DNA of 63,943 bases, filler included, from Asterionella formosa (Eukaryota): NCBI GenBank assembly GCA_002256025.1. It is 18 parts of 18 records of this genome, joined end to end, with 100 filler letters (N's around TTAATTAATTAA, not from the genome) between each part and the next. Parts side by side here need not be neighbours in the genome. Positions count along the whole stretch, not along the records: positions 1 to 20,868 come from NKIB01003219.1; 17 more parts are not named here. The stretch is one strand, 5' to 3'. The notes below the pieces were generated by a model. The model saw nothing but the letters and a program-made list of their open reading frames with translations, searched no databases and was not told the origin of the DNA. Every line of letters begins with the position of its first letter. Within the stretch, counting starts at the first letter, position 1. Both the position numbers and the translations under genes were made by a program. Positions 1 through 12,011 of the stretch are shown here, piece by piece.

Positions 1-1
1 A

Positions 2-163
2 CATTTCAACATCAAATATTTTTATATTACTGATCTTATTGAAAGAAAGGAAGTACAAATCAAGTACTGTCCATCGGATGCAATGTTAGCAGACTACATG
101 ACGAAACCACTGGTTGGAATGAAATTTATTCATTTTCGTCAGGAAATTATGAATTCAAAGTAA
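2..163 (+). mobile_element. 3' end of Ty1/copia pol (RNase H C-terminus); PPT and probable LTR start at ~186
   Basis: Frame 2 reads HFNIKYFYITDLIERKEVQIKYCPSDAMLADYMTKPLVG...*, the copia RNase H ADxxTK motif. It is followed by CAGGAGTG|TGTTGG (PPT then TG). Confidence 0.85.
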
Positions 164-1206
164 GCATCCGTGTCCAGCAGGAGTGTGTTGGAGAAAATAT
201 TTTAGGAAAGAAAATCCCGGTATAAATTACCTACTACATATTGAATCGAATGAATCAAGAAAGAATATGGTACCAGAGAATTCGAAAACAATCTACGCCA
301 ACAGTAAAAACCCATAATTCTATTAAAACTCTTAGGAACGATTACAATCGATCACGGAGACATCGTTGTTATATCTACAGCCTATTTGGTCCCTGACGTG
401 TCCTTACAGGATACAAGAAAGCATAGAGTGCTTCGGGACGCAATGTACAACCGGTGCTCCGGAACAACTTTGTCCATTTATATTTCGCGCCATAATTGCA
501 ATTATTGCCATAGCTCTGCCTTTCATCATGGCGGTAAGAGAGTCGGTACCGGTATATTAGGAAGCAAATGCTGGAAGTGCTGCACGACGAGCTAGTCATG
601 TTGAAAAATATCGAAGCAATCCCCAATTATATCCATGGATGGGAAATTTGGGTTGGCCTTACCCATCAAACAAATATACCGTTGGATAATATGGCTTTTG
701 TTGGAGATTAAATCTTCCTTCCGGCAGACAAGGGATACCTGTTCCAGACCTTTCTGGTCAAGCTTATTTTAAGGTTGAATCTTTGTTAGAACATTCGAAA
801 CGATAAACTGAGAAAATACTGACTTCAGTACCCTTATTATGCCAAGGGTCCCCTTTTCTAACATGCTATCTTTGAGGCATTGTCTAGTGAATCCAGGAGA
901 TTTAAAGCAAATAGGTTCGACTTGGATTGTTTACAATTCAGGATAGAATGTCGATCTCAACATAATCGTCTGATTGACAGGCTTTCGAACCCATCGGCTT
1001 CTTTGCAGAATTTAGATCAAGGGAAGAAGTTGACCAATGAGCAGTGAAGCTGTCCACTACCAAGGTGACGAACAGTTGGTCATCCGTTAACGACCCAATT
1101 TCCTGCAAACTAATCGGTGGAGTTGCCGAATATCAACAACGACTTTGGCGATTGAACTGGGAAAACGCATCGAAATTCGCTGTGTAATTGAAGAAAGCAG
1201 TTCTGA

Positions 1207-3078
1207 CTACGCTTTCTTACAAAAGAAATCTGTCAATCGTGGCTTTTTACGTTGCTGAGCTGCAAAGCATTCCTCTTTCACAGCTTCCCTGATAATTGAA
1301 GAGTTAAGACAAGAGTCAATGTGCATGTTTAGCATCATATTGTCACATCCTTCTATTGATCGGTTGCACATTGGACAACAAAATTGATTTGTTGGTGGTG
1401 GACGAGGATTGCTCATCCTGCGTTTCTCACTCTCAATTCTCTGCCGCACATCATTGGTTTGATCGATAACCTTGCAAGCATTTATCAATGGAGTTTTTAT
1501 TTCGTCGCAGGCTTTAAAATACTTTTGAATCTGCAATTGCTTTGAGTCTTGCCTTTGAACTTCCCGAAAGCTTGAACAGCGCAGTCCAAGAAGGCGAACG
1601 GAAAACGTTGCTGCCTTGTGTTGCTTTCGTAAGTCATTCAGCATTTCAGTGGCAACCTTAACCAAGTCGTCTGGCTTTTGCAAGTATGCACCCTTTATTG
1701 TTTTGGATCGACTCAATATATCAAACGTATGCAGCTTGACTTTCACAGTGATGGTTTGAGCCCAAAGATCTTTTTCGTTCATATCCTGCGATAGCATCCT
1801 GGCAATCTCCTCCATCCGATTATTGACTTCTATCCAAGGTCTTCCAGATTGAAAAGTTCGTTCGCGGCTGATGCCTTTTCTTCCTCCGGATGATTCACTT
1901 TCAGCAGATTCATGGCAACTGGAGCATCCTACAGAGGCTCGGAGGAGAAAGCCAGCGGTTGCCGGTTTAAATAGAAAGTTCACCATTGCCCTTTGTATGA
2001 ACAAATCTTCGACTGTTAAAATTCCAAAGGCTTGTAGTATCTTGTCAGTGACTCTACCAACCCCGGGTACCTTGCGGGTTGGCAAAGGATGTAGAAAGCG
2101 CAACACGTCGTGATGAAAGGGCCCAACCACACACTGTCCATTAGGCTTATTGATATCGCTTGCGATTTTAGCCAGCATAAAGTTGCTTGCGACTCCAGCA
2201 GAACAGGTGAGGCCTCCAGTCGCCTCACATACCTCTATCCTCATTGCTTGAACAATTTTGGCAGCGACTTCGAGGACCACCTCTGGGGGGAAGGAGTTTA
2301 TGTCATCTGCCTCAAGCTTTTCTGGATTTTCTTCCTCAGTTCCAAATAATATCCGATCAACGTCCTCGCGGTAATTTGCATTTAAATCTTGCAACTCGTT
2401 TTGGATTTGTTCATGTGACATTCCCTTGAGGTACAGGCTTACATATGGTCCAATGTCTAAATATGCTTCGTCCAACGAATAAGCTTTCAATCCTGGATCA
2501 TACTGAGCAAGAACTTGCCTAACCTGAGAAGATTTTTCGGTGTATAATTGAAAGTTGGGAGGAACATGAATCAATCGTTCCTTTCCACAAGATAACTCCT
2601 CCACTAGCTTGTCACCTATCCAGCCAGCCATTGCAGATCTGACACCATATTTCCTAGCACAGTAGTTGCTTGTCAAAATCATACCTCCTCCTACACACGC
2701 TGGTTTGTCCTTCAACTCGGGTCGTGACAACGCTTCGCAAGCAAAGTAAAACATGTCCATATCAACAACAACACAAGTAGGGCGGCTTTTCCGGGAAGCA
2801 AGCAGTTGTGTCAATTCCGGTTCCAATTGCGATTCGACTGATTGTCTCCACTTATCATAGTATCGATCCTTGTGCTCAAGTTTATCCTTCATTTGCCTAA
2901 TCTTTTCGTTTACGTACTGGTCTCGTTTGCGCTGTTGTTTCATGTAGGCTGAATCCCCACTTTCTCGCAAAATGATGGTATCAATTTTTGTTCGGTCGAT
3001 GCCATCCATGCCAGCCTTGTCACCTGCTGCAATTACCAGAGCTGATGCCTCCGACGATGCAGCGCTTCGTTCTGTCAT
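1207..3078 (-). CDS. POLK: DNA polymerase kappa (Y-family/DinB)
   Basis: Motifs VVVDMDMFY, SNYCARKYGVRSAM, SLDEAYLD and AKIASDINKPNGQ; C-terminal UBZ zinc finger CPMC...HIDSC; PIP-like RLTDFF. First ATG is at 3078, since the ORF track starts at a non-ATG codon. Confidence 0.95.
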   Translation of the reverse strand: MTERSAASSEASALVIAAGDKAGMDGIDRTKIDTIILRESGDSAYMKQQRKRDQYVNEKIRQMKDKLEHKDRYYDKWRQSVESQLEPELTQLLASRKSRPTCVVVDMDMFYFACEALSRPELKDKPACVGGGMILTSNYCARKYGVRSAMAGWIGDKLVEELSCGKERLIHVPPNFQLYTEKSSQVRQVLAQYDPGLKAYSLDEAYLDIGPYVSLYLKGMSHEQIQNELQDLNANYREDVDRILFGTEEENPEKLEADDINSFPPEVVLEVAAKIVQAMRIEVCEATGGLTCSAGVASNFMLAKIASDINKPNGQCVVGPFHHDVLRFLHPLPTRKVPGVGRVTDKILQAFGILTVEDLFIQRAMVNFLFKPATAGFLLRASVGCSSCHESAESESSGGRKGISRERTFQSGRPWIEVNNRMEEIARMLSQDMNEKDLWAQTITVKVKLHTFDILSRSKTIKGAYLQKPDDLVKVATEMLNDLRKQHKAATFSVRLLGLRCSSFREVQRQDSKQLQIQKYFKACDEIKTPLINACKVIDQTNDVRQRIESEKRRMSNPRPPPTNQFCCPMCNRSIEGCDNMMLNMHIDSCLNSSIIREAVKEECFAAQQRKKPRLTDFFCKKA

Positions 3079-6000
3079 TGCGGGGCAACTGCTGGTACGG
3101 AAGTTCGTTTTCTTTCTTTCCCACTCGTATGACCGAAGAAGCAACGATTACGATGTATGCACAGGTGCAAAAAGTAGACTTCCAGGTATCATGTACCAGG
3201 TATACCAGATATAATTAGAACACTACCGTAGTACATGGTACCTGGTACCAGGTACCGTACCAGTTCCAGGTAGTCTAGTGCGATACCAACTATGTACCGG
3301 TATGCTACTGGTACCGCCAGGTGCCAGCACCGGGGTACTGGTGCTACTTCGTATGTTTTAAGGAAGATAAGGAGCGAGCTTGAAGAATTCTTTCTACCAG
3401 GTACCAGTACTGTATTCCAGTATGATTCACCTTTGCTCCTTGTCGTTATTGTATTTCCTCTACTGTCAGACGCATGGCATAGTATACAAAATACGACATA
3501 ATTTACCTGTCTCTGACTGTATTTGATTCAGAAGAACGCGTGGTTCTTAAAAGAACGCGACCTGGAAAGGCAAAAGGGGAGCAAAGAACGCAAAAATGTA
3601 CGGAAAAGAACGTCAAGCAGGCCTTGCACAATCCACAAGCTATGTACAGTTTATAAAAGGAATTTTCGACTTGTTTCCTGGACCTTCCTGTCATGCAAAC
3701 CAGTCACTGTACATGTGATCAACTTTTTTGAACATCATACTGGTAGGTAGATGCTGGAAGTGAATTGACTCAGACAGAAGATCAGCGTTGCCACAAGAGT
3801 ACTGATTGCTGAAGGTAATACACGACCAAGTGTGGAGACTGCCTGCAAGTATTCTTGTGTTCGAGGCTTGGGAGGTGCAAGTAGGTTGACCAAACGAGTG
3901 GCACCCCCAGCGCTGCAAGAAGGTTGACCTGCGAGGGCCTCCCAAGCCAAGTACACAAGATTACGAGTAGGCAGGCAGACTCCTCCCAAATAGGGTCTTA
4001 ACTAGGCAGTTCACAAACTAGCTATTGGATCGCTTTTTGCCACTACATTGCCCTTTCTGTTAACATTGAAAACCTATTTTAGATAGTTTGTATGTTGGAT
4101 GCAAACTAGCCAATTGCCCTTCATATAAAACATATGTTGTATATTTCATATGTACAGTTTTTGGATTACTCAATCCTGCAATCACCCATCATATAAAACA
4201 TATTTTGTATATTTCATATGCTCCGTTTTTGGACTGCCAAACTACCTTCAATATTTTCAATAACCCCTAGATTTTATTGCCAAAATCGACTGCCGTTTAT
4301 TTAAGGGAAATGGATTACTGATATATATAGCCCCTCAATTGACTGCTGTTTACTTAAGGAAAATCGACTGCCGAAATTGGAAGGGAGTCGGAGGAGCTAC
4401 ATGAAGGCATGAAATCATGGTTTTCTGTTAAGTGTTGATGACAATTCCACCATATACATCCCTGCTATCTTCCAGCATGCTCCAAGATAAAACAACTCTG
4501 TTCATTGATGTCTCAAACATTGACTCTTCATCAAATGGATCTGGCTGGTTGTTGGATAATTCGACTTCTCATATGATTCATATTATTGCATCATGCTTGC
4601 TTCATCACAGTGGTGCCAAAATTTCGGTTCCCCTTTCTGTTGATTTCCGATAGCCTTTCCAGCCAAATACTTCTCTACATTTGATGAGAAGTGATAAATA
4701 AATCAATGATTGTTCAAAAGCGGCCTCAATCAGTTGTTGAGTATCAAAACTCAAAACGTTATGGTGGGTCAAAGTTAGGCTTCCATCTCGTCATTGAACC
4801 GGTATTTTTGTCAGATATGATCAGCCGTTAAATTTTAACTATAATTTTGTAGTTTGTTTTCTACGTGTCCTACACTATCTTAAATCAGATCTTGGCAGCA
4901 AGCTTTAGTGCTCATGTGTTGGCTTTTTTCCGCTACTCTACAATAGCATTGTTTCATTGCTTTCTATTCACAATATTACTTTTGTTACTTCTGCATAATC
5001 TTCTACAATGACAACGAAAAGTTTTTAATCTCAATGAGCTATCGCAAACTCCGCAAAGCAGCTGGAACATGATGGAACCGGTGTTCTGCATTAACTCGTA
5101 TTCAGCAAGGAAGCGAGGACTGGTATGTGCTTGTTGATTGTTGTTGCCATATTTGAGTTCCCGCCATGGTTGAGTATACTAACTATGAAACGTATTTCTT
5201 CCTCTTCTGAACGTTGATGAAGGCTATTGTTATGTTACTCCTCCACTTCCTGACGATGCAACAAATCAGTATCCACTGGTCAAACCAGCTTGTCCAATGA
5301 GGTCAAATATGTTGCCAGTTGATTGTTGTTTTCACGAGGTATAATAAACACACACTACCATTATTCTTTTCCTGTTTCCCAATGCCAGCGAGCCACTTTT
5401 GTCGAAACTCGCATGAAGATTGCAAAGTCTTCAGGTCGCAAACAATGTGGGCAACATATCTCGCCAACACCAGCAACATATCACTCCATTGCTCCCTATC
5501 AACCTACTCAAACCTGTCCTCCTCGATTTTCCAAGCCACAAACGCCCACATCAGCCAGTAAATTTTCGACGCATCCTGTTCCTCCTCCTGCCGGATACTA
5601 CCAGAAGTCTGCGTCGCCAGCACCAAACCACCACTATCAAGCTGCTCCTCCTCCAACACCTCCGCAACCAAAAGTTCGAATCAATACAGAAACCAGCACT
5701 GCCTCTAAATCCATTCAGGCATCGGTTTCTGCTCCTCCAGGCTCAATCTGAACATTTCTGAAATTTTTGTCGTTGCAACGACAAAAAAGTGTGAGTTGAC
5801 AATTGTTAATGAAAATGCGTTGACAAATTTTCGCACCATTTTTCCGCTGACCCATTTTCTTTTTCACTTTTATTCTACTCCCTGCTGGTCATTTTCACGT
5901 CTTACCTTTCGATTTCCGTTTCATATTTTGGTTGCTTCTTAACATCGTGTCGAATTTTCGATGCTTGGTACAATCATTCTTGTGTGACTATTTTTCATGC

Positions 6001-6109
6001 ATAAACCGGCTGGTACCGGTATATTCGGTGGTCCATGCATTTTTGATGTGTCCGAACTTTTTCCCATCAAAATTCTACTCCTGATGTTGCTCGATGGTCC
6101 CCTGCTCAA

Positions 6110-6203
6110 TTCTAAAATTGACTGCAGAAAAATCCACTGTGCCCCATATTGCCCCTAAATTAAAAAAAATCACTTAGAGATACCAAAAACTACTTGGACA
6201 CCC
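6110..6203. mobile_element. Terminus of a GGG/CCC-ended DNA transposon family; second copy at 63445 in opposite orientation
   Basis: TGTGCCCCATATTGCCCCTAAAT..CACTTAGAGA..AAAAACTACTTGGACACCC resembles the reverse complement of 63445-63550. Confidence 0.55.
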
Positions 6204-6262
6204 ACTGTTCTCATCGAAAAGCAAGACGATAGCTAGGGTGGGGGGGGNNNNNNNNNCCCCCC

Positions 6263-6438
<176 letters not shown>

Positions 6439-6995
6439 ATTGCTCAAATAAAAGGAAGGAGGTTTGAACATATAAACTCGACTACCAGTATATTAAACAA
6501 GGATGATATTATTCACGAGAAGGGATGGAAATGGAGAAGTGTCAATGGAAGCCAACAAAAGAAGTGCGCCCAGTCCCAAGGTTTAATTGTTGTTTGTTGG
6601 GGTCAAGTTGACAGAGGTGTTGTTGATGGTGGTACAAGTTTGTACCATATAGATCATCAAGTTTCAGCAGTTTTGGAGCTGGGATTCGAAGCAATGATGC
6701 ATGGTGACCCACTTGAACGTATGCTTGAGGATGAACACAGGAGATGGGAGGTTCCGAACTCTCAAAAATTTTGGGAGATGTCTTTTTATATAAACTCTGT
6801 ACATAATAAAGGTGGTGTTGTGTGTATCCCTGTCTCCGAAATACCGCCTTCCATTGTACGCAAGCCATTAATAATTTACCGGGGTAGAGAGAAGCATGCT
6901 CGAATGTGTACCACTTTGTAGCTACTGGACGAACAAGTCTAGCGGTACACTGGTCATTTGTAATTTGAGTCCACTGCCAGTAACAGCCATACTAA

Positions 6996-7588
6996 GAGCA
7001 TCTCCACCGCATCTACCAAATACCAAAGTCAATAGCAGTTGAAAATATCAAAACAAGTCATTTGGCCAAGGATTTTTTATCAAAAGCCGAATTTTTCATT
7101 TGCTCCCCACTGTATCAACCAAATCCTAAAAAGTCAAATCTCAATCCAAAATTTTTAGCGAATAGGAATAGCACTAGAGTGTAGTTCCATGTGCATCATA
7201 AAATGATGTCTTACCAGTATATTGGCATTTTGGTTTAGTGTACTTCACTTATTCACATGATGATGAAGGAAAGGGCAGCAATAGCGACTCATAGAATGGC
7301 AACCGCTTTTACAACTTTGGTAAAATGCGGCAAGAAAACGAGAAGGCAAAGCTGTTGAGGCATAGGGGAGGAGCTTCTAAGGTGGAAAAGCTGGCTGATG
7401 TAATTTTTCAAATATTAGCATCCGCCTTTCCTGTATATTCCTAATTCTTATGCAGCTAGTACTACGCTTATCTAGTGCTACCCGTCAAAAATTACTATGA
7501 TTATGCATTTTTTGTAAATTAGTATTCTAGAATTTGATAAACTCTCTTCCGTTTTCTTAATTTGGTTTAAGCTACTAGGGAGATAGCT
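6996..7588. mobile_element. Putative PIF/Harbinger (Tourist-like) MITE, degenerate
   Basis: Left end TAA|GAGCATCTCCA..CTACCAAA; degenerate right end TTTGGT..GGAGATAGCT|TAA; TAA on both flanks; AT-rich, non-coding interior. Confidence 0.45.
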
Positions 7589-8133
7589 TAAAATTTGCTC
7601 ATTCTAGCATTGACATGTTAACTTTATTTTTTGCCATATACTACATCAAAATGATAAGTGCTTGTGGATGGCTGACAGGTCCTGCATACCAGTACATATA
7701 CTGCCGACACAACATGTTTCATTTTTGTTTCTTGTTCATACATACATATGTAGCTGGCTGAAGAATTTTCGATCTTGAAATATTGACCTTTCAAGCAAGA
7801 ACGAAACCACTGACTTCCAAAATTATATTAAGACAAAAGTGTGATTGCAGTGTCACTCAAAATGAAATTCTACATATTAGCAATACGCTGGATGAGTGGG
7901 GATATCTCGCGGTCGGTTTTTATTACCACATTTTGTGCATTCAAAGCTGGTGCAGCGTCAGTGACATCGAAGAAAACTAATAACTATTACAAGGTTCTAC
8001 GCTTTTCTTCCAACATTTGCAATCGTCGCTTTTCTCCATTAGCTGTCAGATTCTTTTTTATGCGTCACGAGGATTAAAATGAAAGGATTGGTATCATAAA
8101 CAATGAATCAAACTCGTCACAATAGCCTAGTAA

Positions 8134-9251
8134 TTACATACTTGCTGCATCCTTCGCTGTTCCACCAGTCGCAATGTCGTCTTCCTTCTTTTCTTCCTCC
8201 AGCTTGGAAACTGGCAATTGTTCCTTTGTGACTCCATCCTCCTCTCCATACATAATCTTGTTGTTGACAAGGTCGTGCAAGGCAATGACACTTCGAATTA
8301 GTGCACTCAAGTAAATTGCCATGTGCATATCGTTGGTTTTGATCAACATAGATCGGACCAATTCATCTGTGTTGAGGTTCGGCAATAAGTTCAAAATCGT
8401 CTGCATATTGGCAATTATTTCCTGATTGGGGGTCCTCTCTCCAGCAACACAAGCGTTGAGGTAGTCCTTACACTCTACCAATTTCTCCGTCAAGGTGGAC
8501 AATCCTGACATTTTGGCCTTGATCAAGGATGCGACCGTCGAAACCGTTGGATCATTGATGTCTCGCAGCAAATGCTCCACTCCAACTTCTTCGGCTTCCA
8601 TGGCACCGATTAAGGAGGGTACATGAGCAAACGACTTCCTGACCTGTCGTTGCTTGCTGGAGTCCACGTCTTCCACTACCTTGTAGGCAGTGGTGGGGAT
8701 TGAGGCTCGACCAGGCCGAACATCGATAATGCAAAAGACAGGAGGTACTGACGCAGTTGAAGGGATGCACCTGTTGACAATGTCATAGATGCGCAAGTCG
8801 TTGGGTCGAATCTGAGGGCCTGTCGAGTAGAAACCAACGACACGTTCCTTGGCGTTGACTTTGCGGAACATGACCATCATGTTCTCTAAATAGTTGTGAT
8901 CCAAGTAGAAGACGGCCTGTTGTTAGGTGTAAACAGGTGTGAGTTGTTCGCAGGGTCTACAAGCAACCGAGCATACTTCAAAGTAAGGCACGACCGCATA
9001 TCTTTACATACAGGATTCTTGGAGTCTTCTTCAAAAGGGACAGCAAACGAGTTGGTCGCATCGATTTTTCCTCTCGAAACTGTTCCCAAAAGAACTCCAA
9101 CCACTCGTTTTCTTGTACCTCTAGCAACTCGATGGTAATGGTCTGCTGCACTCAAGAGAACCAACGGATGAACAGTCACATCTTCGATGTCTCCGGAAGG
9201 TGCTGTAGTTACTTCAGGGGCTAATTCGTCTGCTTCCATTAGAGAGTTCAT
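8134..9251 (-). CDS. RPN8: 26S proteasome lid subunit RPN8/PSMD7 (MPN domain); exons 9251-9012 and 8916-8134
   Basis: [29 protein letters not shown] joined to [34 protein letters not shown] across a 95-bp GT-AG intron that keeps frame. Confidence 0.95.
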
Positions 9252-10064
9252 TCTGCTTTCCGTATTCTCGAACTAGGTTAATTGATCAAATAGGGGATTA
9301 AATGTAATGTATGCAATCGTCGTTCTTCCTTGCCTGATGCCAAAGTCAAGCTATGTGTAAGGGGGTTTGACAACGAATGATGAATATCCGAGGAGTGTTG
9401 AAAGTAGTGTTGTCAGTTAATTAAAAAAAAACTACCGGAATAACTGTATTTATTTTAATAGTTCTTTACTGGCTTCAGGGTACATCATTCTTTTCTCGCC
9501 CGCATCACTCTCTTCAATTTCTTATTTTTAGTGCAAACTACCAGGTAGTCTACCAGTATCACATACCGGTATATCATATGTACAGTATAGGTGCGACGCC
9601 GACGACAATAAAAAGAGCGGAATGTTTCTTGAACCTTCTCTACCTCCGGGTTGTAACTTCAATTCATTCACCACACCACCCTGGCTGCACAGTAAGCAGT
9701 ACCAGGTACCAGTACTACCAAGTACGACTCATCAAAGATTCCGTTTTTTATAGGGTAGACTACCGGTACTGCTAACGGTAGACGTATTGTTTGCTCATGG
9801 TTTCATCAGTACATGAGCCCTTGAGCGAAGTTTCCACAGCACTGCTCAGGGAAATTTTACCGAGGACAAGTCGAACGCCTGCTGTATACTGGTGTCGCAC
9901 CCCTGGTTTTGCGAATTAGCAAGCTCATAATGGAAACATACTACCGGTTGCTGGAGAAGCTCAGGTAAAGGCATTGTGACTTGAACTGCCCAGTACAAGA
10001 AGACCGGTACCGGTATGTTCTTGTCAGGAGGGCGTTTGGTGTTGCTCACGTGCAATTAATCCGT

Positions 10065-11252
10065 TTATTCCTTCTTCCGCTTGATACTAAAACAATATAT
10101 ATCCAGCTTATTGCAGATTTGATGAATCGCATGGGATGTCCACCACAGCAGGCGAAGGCCGTAAAAGATACTGAGCATGTTCAGGACCAAGCCCCCAGAG
10201 GTGCCACCATTCACTCGAAGCCATAAACATGCAGCAAACAACGGCACCACATCTGGTTGGAAGCTTCCGTAGGCCGCCTTGGCCATGCTGAAAACGATCA
10301 TTTTGATAGTTAATATAGAAAAACAAAATCCAACAGCTAGCGAAACATATCGACCGTGATATTGAACAACGTTATGCGGAAGCAAAAAGGGGGCCACAGC
10401 AAGTGCAAAAGGAGAAATGAGTTTTGCAATTGCTGATCCAAAGAGACGTAGGTTCTGGACTTTTTGAAAGACTCGTATCAACGACAAAATGATCAAGATA
10501 CTCATCATGCCACACCACCCAATCAAAAGCACATGTATGATTTGTAATTTTTCGCCTACTCGAGCCTTCCAAATCGCTTCTCGGTCGACAAATGCATTGC
10601 ACAATGAAAACAGTCCCAGGCCGTAATTGACTTCGGTGACTCCGATATTCCCAGTTGCATGGGGCAACACGTGCGTATAGTATTCTTCCCACTGCGCCAT
10701 GAAGAACGAGAATTGCAAACTAGCTTGTGCCAGCACTAGGGACCATGTGCCTCCCATCATTGTAAACGCTGAAATTGCTGACAAATGCGATAGATTGCAC
10801 AGGCAATCGAGTCCATGATCAAAGAGCTGTCCCAGGGGCGAGGATGAGTTTGTCCGCCGTGCTTGCTTCCCGTCCATACAATCCAGTGTGTAGTAGGCAA
10901 TGGCACAGTAGGCGTTGACGATAATAACCCAGGAAGGTACAGCGGTGTCCAGGTTGGGCGAGTAGTACCAAGTAAGGAGGTAGCTGGCAAGGCAGTGGAG
11001 ACCTCCAATGGTTGTGACCATGTTGGGAGCTAACCAGAGAGGCAAAAGCTCTGTTAATCGGTTCCAGAACGGGTTCAATGCATTGTCCAGCCAAGTGTAG
11101 GTGCCAGCTCTGTATTGGTGATTGGCGATAAATTCCAATCCATCTTCCGTCAGAACTCCGCGCTTTGGGCTTGGTACGATCCAGGCGTGTTCCGATGTTC
11201 TATCAATTGGCTTTATTGCTGATTCTGTGCTTGGTGTGCTGGTTTTCGTCAT
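10065..11252 (-). CDS. Choline/ethanolamine phosphotransferase (CDP-alcohol phosphotransferase, CEPT/AAPT family)
   Basis: CDP-alcohol motif DCMDGKQARRTNSSSPLGQLFDHGLD, LPLWLAPNMVT and QWEEYYT; multiple TM segments. First in-frame ATG at 11252; true start uncertain. Confidence 0.92.
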   Translation of the reverse strand: MTKTSTPSTESAIKPIDRTSEHAWIVPSPKRGVLTEDGLEFIANHQYRAGTYTWLDNALNPFWNRLTELLPLWLAPNMVTTIGGLHCLASYLLTWYYSPNLDTAVPSWVIIVNAYCAIAYYTLDCMDGKQARRTNSSSPLGQLFDHGLDCLCNLSHLSAISAFTMMGGTWSLVLAQASLQFSFFMAQWEEYYTHVLPHATGNIGVTEVNYGLGLFSLCNAFVDREAIWKARVGEKLQIIHVLLIGWCGMMSILIILSLIRVFQKVQNLRLFGSAIAKLISPFALAVAPFLLPHNVVQYHGRYVSLAVGFCFSILTIKMIVFSMAKAAYGSFQPDVVPLFAACLWLRVNGGTSGGLVLNMLSIFYGLRLLWWTSHAIHQICNKLDIYCFSIKRKKE

Positions 11253-12011
11253 AGTCGATGTGTTCTCTACAATGTCGGTGACGGTACCAGTACGGGTGAT
11301 GACTTTCAAGTGCGTGCCAAAAATGTGGTGTCAAATGATCAATAAAAGAAAAGATAGTATCGGTAAAAAACGCATTGCTTTGCTTCGTGAAACCTCACCA
11401 TCATCTGCAGATATGTATCATCACACATTGCGAGGAACTGTGCATATGAATGGAAAAGTATGAAAATATATTTTATATTGTATGTAGATTAAATTATGCA
11501 AATGAAGACTTTATTTTTACATGCATCAAAATGCCAATGACACTACCTGGTCCTGTCCTGGCACTGACTGCAAGCTACAGTTACTGACTCAAGTCTGATA
11601 CCGGTATTCCAGGAGGGGAGAGTTGCGGCAAAAAAAGGTACCTACAGTACTACATACTACGGGGAATTTTTATCATTTACGGCAAGCACCTTGTCGGGTA
11701 CCGTTGGCATACTCAAATGTATCTCCAGGTAATAAATGGTACCAGGTACCAGGGTACCCTCGTAGTCTCCTCGCACCATCATGATACAGTGATACCGGTA
11801 GCATGCGGTACTACCGATATAATGAATAATCATAAAAAGTACGGAACGGACTACAACCACATTCTTCCTCGGTCGTGCATCATTCATCGCATGCTGAGCG
11901 ACGAATTGACCGAAAATTTCTTACGGTTGGTTTGTCCACTTTTGATCATTCAGGTTTTGTTTGTTCTCGCTCGTTTGACGACGCAGATGTTGACTATCCT
12001 TCGTCGTTGTA

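Noticed and set aside
366..1200. Short overlapping ORFs downstream of POLK
   Set aside because: No recognisable motif or coherent splice model.
3735..3989. PSCSAGGAT..LGR resembling a tyrosine recombinase HSxRxGGAT motif
   Set aside because: The catalytic H, R and Y residues are absent and no other DIRS or Crypton features are visible.
5323..5751. Pro/Gln-rich 142-aa ORF
   Set aside because: Low complexity, non-ATG start and no domain, inside a probable decayed element.
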